A stretch of DNA of 41,599 bases from Candidatus Nealsonbacteria bacterium (lineage in GTDB: Bacteria > Patescibacteriota > Minisyncoccia > Minisyncoccales > RBG-13-42-11). How positions within the stretch are numbered: position 1 is the stretch's first letter; each line of letters begins with the position of its first letter. This document shows, piece by piece, positions 20,201 to 27,556 of the stretch. The notes under the pieces were generated by a model that saw only the letters and a list, made by a program, of their open reading frames with translations, searched no databases and was not told the origin of the DNA. The stretch spans positions 1-41,599 of the forward strand of contig JAPLXK010000005.1 of assembly GCA_026396095.1 (NCBI GenBank). The letters run 5' to 3'. The translations under genes and the position numbers were made by a program.

Positions 20201-20511
20201 TCCTGTTCTTTTGATTCTTTAGTTTTCAGATTAACCAGCTTTGTCCTAACCCTTAAAGCGCCCTCGTAAGAGTCGTTATTTTTCTTTGCTTCCAGGTCGT
20301 TCTTATATTTCGACCCTTCTAGCTTGTAATCTAAAAACCAAAGTTCCAACTCTTTGCCAGTATAATCTCTAATGGGAGAAACCTCCTGGAAAAGCTCCTT
20401 AAGGTCTCTACCCAAAAACATTTTCCAGCTTTCCGTCTCAACGGAAAGCAGATAGGGCAAAGGAAGAGAAACTTTTGATTTAGCAAAATTTTTTATCTTT
20501 GTCCCCAGCAT
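17248..20511 (-). CDS. rpoB: RNA polymerase beta subunit
   Basis: NGVERVTISQL, HYGRICPIQTPEGPNIGL, DDANRALMGSNMQRQ, GDKLAGRHGNKGV, GGQRFGEMEVWALEGYGA. Confidence 0.99.
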   Translation of the reverse strand: MLGTKIKNFAKSKVSLPLPYLLSVETESWKMFLGRDLKELFQEVSPIRDYTGKELELWFLDYKLEGSKYKNDLEAKKNNDSYEGALRVRTKLVNLKTKESKEQEVFLTDFPLMTERGTFIVNGVERVTISQLIRSPGAFFTEQKTGDKNYFGAKIIPNRGSWLEFETDSSGAIGVKIDRKRKISATALLRAFGVADDQAIKEMFQDVDRNEIKYIEETLKKDTTHNQSDALVEIYHRIRPGDLVTPDTAKELIENMFFNFERYDISKVGRWRMWQRLPELSPNFKNKKSGKEDKDAVKSKKTAEEITIKDRVLKLEDVAAVIKEIIRLNNTPGSVADQIDHLGNRRVRTLNELLQNRLRVGLMRMERIIKDRMSTLDVDFLTPGQLINPRPFMAVVKEFFTSSQMSQFMDNENPLAELEHKRRLSATGPGGLTRERAGFEVRDVQPSHYGRICPIQTPEGPNIGLVGHMASFSRINSYGFLETPYFKVEKGKVTSEIHYLNAYEEERYNIASGAVAIDNKGNITSQKVEARIKGEPGMTDKYKIDFIDVSSEQSISIATSCIPFLQNDDANRALMGSNMQRQSVPLLNPTPPLVSTGVEERVARDSGLEIISDADGVVLEVDGAHIVIGQKEATSGSKLKTYELRTFNKSNQYTCFHQKPIVKKGQKIKKGDVLSDGGSISQGSLALGQNILVGFMSWRGLNFEDAIILSERLVKDDVYTSIHIESFSCDVRETKLGPEITTPDIPNVSEEKLKYLDEEGIIQVGAEVGPNDILVGKISPKGEADLTAEERLLRAIFGEKAREVKDTSLLIEHGKRGRVIGVKVFSREQGHKLEPGVIKKIEVEVAQMRKVKAGDKLAGRHGNKGVISKVLPVEEMPFMEDGTPVDIVLNPMTVASRMNLGQILETHLGWAAKELGYRAITPALAGATEEDIKRELKEAGLPEDGKITLYDGRTGLPFPKKLTVGYIYMMKLVHMVEDKIHMRSIGPYSLITQQPLGGKAQFGGQRFGEMEVWALEGYGAAYTLQEMLTIKSDDVAGRATTYEAILKGEEIRNPSVPASFNLLVAELKSMGLSVEVKESPKEERPRI

Positions 20512-20623
20512 AAAACAAAAAAATCACCCAAATTTTTTAGGGTAAAAATTTATTTAAATTTTTAGAAAATATAAAACAGGGCTAAAAAAGGATTAAAAAT
20601 AATCATTCGGATCCGTAGAATTA

Positions 20624-20652
20624 ATCTTATGTTAAATATCAAAAAGTGTCAA
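20624..20652 (-). promoter_or_regulatory. Putative sigma70 promoter of rpoB-rpoC
   Basis: Minus strand TTGACA (20652-20647), 17 nt, TAAGAT (20629-20624), about 110 nt upstream of the start codon. Confidence 0.7.
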
Positions 20653-20896
20653 CCCCCCCCATCCTAATTTTTTATCCTAGTTCTGTAAAGTCGCGTCTTA
20701 AATATTCGCTCACAGCGCCGGAGGAAATAATAGAGCCTGGAACAATTTATTGATTATATATAATTATTATAACTTTTAATTTAAAAATGGGAAGGAGGGG
20801 CTTGGTAAGGCAAATTTTTATTGAGGATTTCAACTGATTAATTAAGCAACGGCCTTGTGGTTAAGTTCAAATTTTGACTTACCAATAAAAGCGCAA

Positions 20897-21196
20897 TTAT
20901 TTCTCATAAAGGTTTGATTTCTTTATGATTGTTTTATAAATATTCTCCAAAAAGTCTCCGCCAGCGTATCCTATGAAAAAAGCCAAAGCCGGCGTAAAGT
21001 TCCCGAAAAGAGTAAGTCCCAGTTCTTTTGTTCCAATAGCGGCCATTGTTCCGACAAGTCCTGAAACGAACATCATTGCTAAAAAATATTTTGGCCGGAA
21101 GGGTACACTTTTGTAAGAAAATTGGTATTTAGTAAAACCGACCAAACCTCTCACGAAACCTCCTGCGAAAGCAACGATAAAAATTTGGATAAACAT
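20897..21196 (-). CDS. Small multi-pass membrane protein, holin-like
   Basis: 99 aa, about 3 hydrophobic Gly-rich segments, FFIGYAGGDFLE motif, basic C-tail. Function is inferred only. Confidence 0.6.
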   Translation of the reverse strand: MFIQIFIVAFAGGFVRGLVGFTKYQFSYKSVPFRPKYFLAMMFVSGLVGTMAAIGTKELGLTLFGNFTPALAFFIGYAGGDFLENIYKTIIKKSNLYEK

Positions 21197-21477
21197 AATT
21201 ATTAATTTAGTAAATTGATATTTTTAACATAAATTATTTTAAGGTGTTTGCTCTATGAGAACGTAGAAATTTTCTGTTGCTACGCTTTTTTCCTACTGGA
21301 GATAGGTTTCCAGAAAAGAAGCAGAAATCAATTGCGCATGTGTAAAATTATTTTCTTTGATCGCAACAACTTCACCTATGTTCTGCTAATGGAATAATCT
21401 ACTCTGAAAAAATCCTGCGACCTGAAGAGAATGTTGCTATTTAGTAATTAAAATGTTTATTGTTTCTACTGTTAGTG

Positions 21478-22104
21478 CTATTCCAGTAGAAGGCGTGTTT
21501 TAAAATCGACGAACTGAAGCTCAATGCCGTCAGCAAGTACTTTGATGTATTCTTTAAATTTTCCTTGCAAGTCTGCAGTAAAATTTTCTGAATTAATATT
21601 TGCCCTAGATCCGCCAAGACTCAAAAATATTTCCTGAGCCAGAGAATAAATATTTTCAAAAGCGTTGTTAAAAAAAACTTGCTGGCCGATAAATCCGGCG
21701 GCTAAAAATAAAACAAAGACCAAGGCTGTCGCAAGGCCAAGGCGTAATGTCGGCGCTTTTTCTACCGGCAAATTTTTCGGAACTTTAATTATTGTAATTT
21801 TTTTAACTTTTGTAATCCTAGTGGCTGAAGGAATTAGATTGCGGACCGTAATTTTTCCTTCTTTCGTATTTTTTGTCCGATAACTATTGCCGTTATGGGC
21901 ACTATTATATTCTTTAGATTTTTCTGCGTATTCTTCCAGCCATTCTTTTGTAGTTATCCAATTTCTTCCAAATTTAGCTGACTTTAATTTTCCCTGCCTA
22001 GCCCTTAACGATAAATACTCCTGCGAATAATTGCAATTTTTGCTTGCTTCTCGTAGGGATATATATATTAATTTTTCCTTGTTTTCTTTTGCCACTTGAA
22101 ACAC
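21478..22104 (-). CDS. Excisionase/MerR-like HTH protein with one TM helix (possibly truncated)
   Basis: YISLREASKNCNYSQEYLSLRARQGKLKSAKFGRNWITTKEWLEEY, a basic linker, then TM LGLATALVFVLFLAAGFIG. GTG start. Confidence 0.7.
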   Translation of the reverse strand: MFQVAKENKEKLIYISLREASKNCNYSQEYLSLRARQGKLKSAKFGRNWITTKEWLEEYAEKSKEYNSAHNGNSYRTKNTKEGKITVRNLIPSATRITKVKKITIIKVPKNLPVEKAPTLRLGLATALVFVLFLAAGFIGQQVFFNNAFENIYSLAQEIFLSLGGSRANINSENFTADLQGKFKEYIKVLADGIELQFVDFKTRLLLE

Positions 22105-22309
22105 GCTTGCTTAATTTACTAAATTATCAAACTTTTTATAATATTATCTTGTTCTTTAATAAAATTTATATTTTCAAAACTCTTTTAATCATCCGATACG
22201 CTTTTTATCATCATTAAAATTATTGAATCTTGTCTTATTTTCCCTTTAAAAAAAACCCCTGTCAAGAGATTTTTTTAACACCTATCGTATAGTATATCGT
22301 ATGGCAATT

Positions 22310-23333
22310 TTAAGGATTGTTTTTGATATTTTCTAGTATTCCAATGCCCATTAAAAGGGTTATCAGGCCGTTCCCTCCGTAACTTACTAGGGGCAAAGGG
22401 ATGCCAATAATAGGCAAAATGCCTAAATTCATTCCAATATTGATAAAAACTTGAGAAATAATAAGAGTAGCGATCCCTGTGCTAAAAAGACGCGAGAAAT
22501 TAGACTGACTAGAAAGAGCTATTTTAAAAATCCGCCAAATTAATATTAAAAAAAGGAGCAATAAAATAGAAACTCCAGCTAGCCCTGTTTCTTCGGCAAT
22601 AGAAGCAAAAATAAAATCTGTTTGAGTCTCCGGTAAAAATCCATATTGGGTTTGAGAACCAGCTCCGATACCCTGTCCGAAAATTTTACCAGAACCAATT
22701 GCAATCTTTGCCTGATTCTGATTCCAGTTTATTCCCAGTGGCTCAACCTGAGGAGAAACAAAACTTATAATTCTTCCCTTCTGATAATCTTTTAATAAAA
22801 AATTCCAGCCTAAAATTAAAACTAAAAAAGCACAGAAAAGTAAAACTAAAAAGTGACGTATTTTTATTCCAGAAACAATTAATATTCCTATCCATAAAGA
22901 AACTAAAATTAAAACCGATCCCATATTAGGCTGAAGAAAAACTAAAACAACAGGAAGGAAAACGTAAAATCCGGAAAGCAGGATATGCCTTACTTGATAC
23001 ATTTCAACGTGGCGCTTTGAAAAGTATTTGGCCAATAAAATTATTAAAACAATTTTGGTTAACTCTATGGGGTCTATGGAAAAAATTCCTATTTTATACC
23101 AGCTCTTTACTCCTCTAATCAACGGGGCGAAAAAGAAAATTCCGACCAGAGCGGCCAAACAAATAGAATAAAGAGTTAAAATAAAATAGGAATTTTCCCT
23201 GAATGTTTTTCTTGAAATTCATGAAATCACCCTTCCCCATTGAAGAGCTGTATATAGACAAAAGACCGAATCCTACCAGCAGGAAAGACGAGGCGATTAA
23301 TATCCAGTCTAAATTTTTTAACTGACGCAGCAT
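22310..23333 (-). pseudogene. rodA: Rod shape-determining SEDS protein RodA, split by a small deletion with frameshift near 23205
   Basis: N-part LDWIL...LVGFGLLSIYSS. C-part frame resumes FRENSYFIL, then KSWY, QPNMGS, QAKIAIGSGKIFGQG, LPETQTDFIF..IAEE, GIPLPLVSYGG. Confidence 0.85.
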
Positions 23334-23345
23334 TATAAAAATTGT

Positions 23346-25282
23346 TTATTTAATTATTTCTAAAAATTCCTGTTCTCCTATGATTTTTATATTCAATTTT
23401 CGGGCTTTTTCTAGTTTCGAGCCAGAATTTTCGCCCGAAACAAGGTAATCTATTTTATTTGAAATTGAATCGGAAATATCTCCTCCTAATAATCGTATTT
23501 TTTCTTTAGCTTCATCCCGAGTAATTGTTTTTAAACTACCTGTCAAGACGAAAGTCTTTCCTTTTAGCCTTATTCCAAATCCCTTATTCTTAAAAGAAAT
23601 ATTTTTATTGCTTTCTATTTTTACTCCTGCCCTAAAAATATCCTCAATAGATTTTTTATTTTTTTTTGACTGAAGCCAATTATAAATGCTTTCTGAGACT
23701 TTCCCTCCAACATTGGGAATTGTATCCAACTCCTCCTTGGTACTTTTTATTAATCTTTCAAAACTGCCAAAATAATTCGCTAAATCAATCGCCGAATTAA
23801 ATCTCCTTCTTTTAATTCAAAAATCTCGAACGGCTGAGAAACAAGATTTTCATCCATAAGTTGGTCGATAATTTTAGGCCCAAGACCCTCAATATTAAAA
23901 GCTTTTTTTGAAACAAGGTGATAGAAATTTTCCCGCTTCCTGGCTTGGCAATTTTGATTAGAGCAGCGCCAAATTTTTTCTTCTTTTGGTTTTGTAAGTT
24001 TTGTTTCGCAAACCAGACAATTTTTAGGAAATATAAAATCTTTTTCCTTGCCGCTTCTTAACTCAATTAAAACTTTTGATACGGCCGGAATAACATCTCC
24101 TGCTCTTTCGATGATCACTGTGTCTCCGATTTTTATTCCTAATTTTTTTATTTCATCCTCATTGTGTAGGGTTGCCCTGGTAATTGTTACCCCGGCAACT
24201 TGAACAGGCTCCAAGACTGCAATTGGGGTTATTGCGCCAGTCCGACCAACTTGCACTTTTATGTCTAAAACCTTGGTTGTGGCTTGTTTTGGAGAGAACT
24301 TAAAAGCTCTTATCGATCGAGGGCTCTTTCCAGCCACTCCTAATTTTTGAAAAAGAGCGTTATTGTCTATGCTTATTACAACTCCATCAATCTGAAAAGG
24401 AAGTTTTTCTCTCTTTTTTTCAATTTCTTGCCAAAAAACCATTATTTCGGATAAGTTCCTGCATATTTTACCTTGATCAGTCTTAAACCCTAAGGCTGGC
24501 AAAAGATGATGTTCTTCAGAGTGTTTAGTCTGGCCTATATCGGTCAGCATATCGTATGCTAAAAATTTTAATGGCCTTGAATCAGCTATCCCAGGATCCA
24601 GCTGGCGGATTGATCCGGCTGCTAAATTTCTTGGATTAGAGAAAAGAGATAGGTTATTTTTTGTTCGAGATTGGTTAAAATCTTCGAAATCTCTCTTGTC
24701 CATGTAGACCTCCCCTCTAATTTCAATCCTACCGCCTTTTATTGCCTCTTTTAGCCCTTTTTCCAGGTGTTTTAAGTTAGGACTCAGCTCTTCGTAAAAA
24801 TGAAGCTCTAAAGGAATGCTTTCAATGGTTTTAAGGTTCTGAGTAACATCTTCTCCAACTTTTCCGTTCCCCCTGGTTGCTCCGGCTGCAAAAAGACCTT
24901 TTTCGTAAATTAAAGTTACGGCAAATCCGTCTATTTTCAGTTCTGCGAAGTATTCAAAATGCGATTCATGAGCAAGGCGCTTTAAGTATTCTTCCCAGTC
25001 ATAAAGTTCTTTCTCGGAAAAAATATCTTCAATGGAAAGCATGGGAACTTTATGCTCTATTTTTTTGAATTTTTTCAAAGGATCTCCTCCCACTCTCTGA
25101 GTAGGAGAGTCAATAGTAATAAAATCCGGATATTGCTGCTCTAAAACATAAAGTTCGTGCTTCAGGGAATCTAAAGCCGCCCCAGAAATATCTTCCTTGT
25201 CCAAAACGTGATACAAATAACGGTGATGATTAATTAATTTTTTTAATTTCTCTATCCTTTGTTTGACTTGTTGTTTATCCAT
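23346..25282 (-). pseudogene. ligA: NAD-dependent DNA ligase, split by a deletion with frameshift near 23793
   Basis: YRYLYHVLD, SPTQRVGG, ELKIDG, ATRGNG.VGEDVT, QVGRTGAITP, TRATLHN, ERAGDVIP, Zn finger. Second frame AIDLANYFGSF... leads to a BRCT domain (GKTFVLTGSL, GSKLEKA). Likely start is MDKQQ at 25282. Confidence 0.88.
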
Positions 25283-25343
25283 AGCGCCAACCATCCGGCA
25301 GACAGTTTAAATATAAATTCCTGCCGCCAAAATATTGTTTTTT

Positions 25344-25373
25344 ATAATACCATAAAAAATAAATTTTTTTCAA
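25344..25373 (-). promoter_or_regulatory. Putative promoter of ligA-rodA
   Basis: Minus strand TTGAAA, 18 nt, TATTAT, with TG at the extended -10 position. Confidence 0.5.
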
Positions 25374-25375
25374 TT

Positions 25376-25395
25376 AAAAAGGGAGTGTTCCTCCC
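25376..25395 (-). terminator. Rho-independent terminator after the minor-pilin operon
   Basis: Minus strand GGGAG-GAACA-CTCCC followed by TTTTT. Confidence 0.55.
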
Positions 25396-25431
25396 CTTTG
25401 GTCGGCTCCTGAGGTTTAATGTTCAGTATCT

Positions 25432-25794
25432 TTAGTATTCTAAATGAATAGCTCTTTGTACTTCTTTGTATCCACCGACTGAGTTGATACAAAAATTTAG
25501 AGCATTACAGCTAGGATCGGGTACGCTGATGACTGTAACTGAAAATGAAACACCGGGAGAAAGAATTTCGTTATACTGAAAAGTATGGGTTGTTAATTTA
25601 TACAAATCGTAAAGCTGTTTTTCGGCGCCGCTGTCGGCAGCGTAAAAAGAAATAAGTGAATAACCGATTTCCCCCATTGTTTTTGCCTGCTGGGAAGAAA
25701 TGCTGTTGATCCCCAGGGCAACAGTAAAAACTACGCTGGCAATAATAATAATTAATACTATTGAAATGCCTTTTTGTTTTTTATAAATAGCCAT
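25432..25794 (-). CDS. PilX-like minor pilin
   Basis: QKG|ISIVLIIII lacks Glu5, as in the PilX/GspK class. FYAADSGAE matches the PilX N-terminal motif. Confidence 0.7.
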   Translation of the reverse strand: MAIYKKQKGISIVLIIIIASVVFTVALGINSISSQQAKTMGEIGYSLISFYAADSGAEKQLYDLYKLTTHTFQYNEILSPGVSFSVTVISVPDPSCNALNFCINSVGGYKEVQRAIHLEY

Positions 25795-25816
25795 TTTTAT
25801 TAAGCCGAAATTTAAG

Positions 25817-26401
25817 TTATATTTGGTCGTCTAAATTTCTTTGAGAAATTGTGGTTTGAATTTTTATTACCGGCTGAAATTCCGGTTTTTTACTCCCTAT
25901 CCCTTTTACTTCTAAAAATAGGGTTACTATTGGCTGCTTATCGTCTCCATCGTTCCAGCTGCTGCTTGGAGCTATCTTAAAAGAAACAACATCTAAAGAT
26001 TCCGGAGTTAAAGAAAAAACAGGATTAGAGCCCTCCCAGAACTGAACTTTTAAGATGCCTGTAGTGTATCCAGTTAATGTTTCCCGATAGAACTCTTTGC
26101 ATTTACTCTGATAATCAAGAAATTTTATTCCTCCTCTGCCCGTAATCTCGTAATTCGTGTCTGTAGCGAGACAAGCGTCATCGCCTTTTTGGGCCATTCT
26201 CAATGCTTTGCCCATATATTCTAAGGAATAAGAAATATTGTCTAAGAGCTGCTGGGAAAGCAAGGCCTTTTGCTGCATCTCAAGAGAAGAAACAAAGAAA
26301 TCGGTCGAAACGGCCAATATTAGCATGAAAATGGTAACTCCCACCATTATCTCTATAAGAGTGTAACCACTGCGGTTCGTTATTTTAATTTTATTTAACA
26401 T
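25817..26401 (-). CDS. PilW-like minor pilin
   Basis: SG|YTLIEIMVG class III signal. Ends IQTTISQRN. Position between the pilV-like and pilX-like genes. Confidence 0.75.
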   Translation of the reverse strand: MLNKIKITNRSGYTLIEIMVGVTIFMLILAVSTDFFVSSLEMQQKALLSQQLLDNISYSLEYMGKALRMAQKGDDACLATDTNYEITGRGGIKFLDYQSKCKEFYRETLTGYTTGILKVQFWEGSNPVFSLTPESLDVVSFKIAPSSSWNDGDDKQPIVTLFLEVKGIGSKKPEFQPVIKIQTTISQRNLDDQI

Positions 26402-26420
26402 TTTAACTCTTGATTTTTAA

Positions 26421-26969
26421 TTATGGCGTCTCAATTCCGTACCAATTATATAAGCGCTCAGCAACCTTAGCGGTATGGTCTTTTCCTTTCTCGCTCCACT
26501 GGACCAGAGATTCAATATATAAAAAATCTGTACCAAGGGCTATGTCTGATAATTTACTAATGGTAATCTTTCTGGTAAATTTTGTCTTCGTGCACTGGGG
26601 TGCGGGGCAAGAGGTAATGGGATAAAAGTAAAAACCGTTAGTATTGTCAATATATAAAAATCTTCCCGGCGAAACATATGAAGATAAGGTTAGGCCGACA
26701 TAATCAGCTTCATAATTATTATTTGACAAGCCATCGTCCCACGAAGTAGAAGAGCTGCTACTTTGTTCAAGCCAATTATTATCACGAATATTCCTAGTTA
26801 TTTCAATTCCCTCTTGGGCAAGATAGAAAGCTATCAGCCTTGATTGGTCAAGAGAAACCGCTGTGATGGTTTGCTGAATTAAAACAATACTGCTGCTTAT
26901 CACTAAAGTAAAAATTGATATGGCCAGCATTATTTCAATTATGGTAAAACTTCTGTTTTTTTTCATCAC
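26421..26969 (-). CDS. PilV-like minor pilin
   Basis: RS|FTIIEIMLA, AFYLAQEGIEITRNIRD, KFTRKITI, VQWSE. Confidence 0.75.
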   Translation of the reverse strand: MMKKNRSFTIIEIMLAISIFTLVISSSIVLIQQTITAVSLDQSRLIAFYLAQEGIEITRNIRDNNWLEQSSSSSTSWDDGLSNNNYEADYVGLTLSSYVSPGRFLYIDNTNGFYFYPITSCPAPQCTKTKFTRKITISKLSDIALGTDFLYIESLVQWSEKGKDHTAKVAERLYNWYGIETP

Positions 26970-26971
26970 GA

Positions 26972-27541
26972 TTAATGTTTAATTTCAATAAGCCCGGCCT
27001 CATTAACTGAAACAACAACAGATTTGGAGCTGTCGATCGTAGAGGTTAATTCAATACCTGGGTTGCTGTTAGGATTGGGCTTCATCACTATCAAGGGGTC
27101 GGGCGGAAAAAAAGTAATTGAATCTAATATGTGGCTGGAAGGTTTTTTAATTACAATTCCTGGTTCTAAAAAAATTTCTTCGATTTTTTCCGGATAGGTA
27201 GATCCGGGTCCTGCGACCGCACAGCTTGGAGCACCGCTGGTTTCATCATATTTCCCGTCATTATTGCAATCTGCAAATAAAATATATGAATTAACGCTGC
27301 CAGTAAAAGAAAGCCCGTAGCCTCCGCTGGGGAAAAGCGTAGAATTAAATTTTGAAAAAGAAGTCTTTCTGGAAGACACTGACATTTCTTCGGCATTTCT
27401 TATGTCCCGGGCCAGTTTATAGGCCGCTCTTTCTACGGCAATCCGAGAATTGGCCAGGTGAAAATTAGGAACAACAAAAATCGTTAAAATCGAAATCAGG
27501 CTGATAACAACTAAAATTTCAATTAAAGTAAAACTTTTCAT
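26972..27541 (-). CDS. FimT/FimU-like minor pilin
   Basis: MKS|FTLIEILVVISLI, LARDIRNAEEMS, YGLSF, YILFAD, VSVNEAGLIE. Confidence 0.72.
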   Translation of the reverse strand: MKSFTLIEILVVISLISILTIFVVPNFHLANSRIAVERAAYKLARDIRNAEEMSVSSRKTSFSKFNSTLFPSGGYGLSFTGSVNSYILFADCNNDGKYDETSGAPSCAVAGPGSTYPEKIEEIFLEPGIVIKKPSSHILDSITFFPPDPLIVMKPNPNSNPGIELTSTIDSSKSVVVSVNEAGLIEIKH

Positions 27542-27556
27542 TTTTTAATTAGTTAT

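Noticed and set aside
20653-20660. C8 homopolymer beside the rpoB -35 as a phase-variation tract
   Set aside because: It lies outside the -35/-10 spacer, is short, and precedes an essential operon.
21284-21325. Imperfect hairpin as a possible ncRNA
   Set aside because: Weak, bulged, AT-rich pairing with no match to a known RNA family by eye.
20897-22104. Prophage remnant (Xis-like HTH plus holin-like gene)
   Set aside because: No integrase, structural, terminase or lysin genes and no att-like repeats were seen. The HTH is fused to a TM.
6400-23830. Programmed ribosomal frameshifting or splicing to explain split trpS, rodA and ligA
   Set aside because: Conserved coding blocks are physically missing at the junctions, so recoding cannot restore them. 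No intron-like insertions are present.
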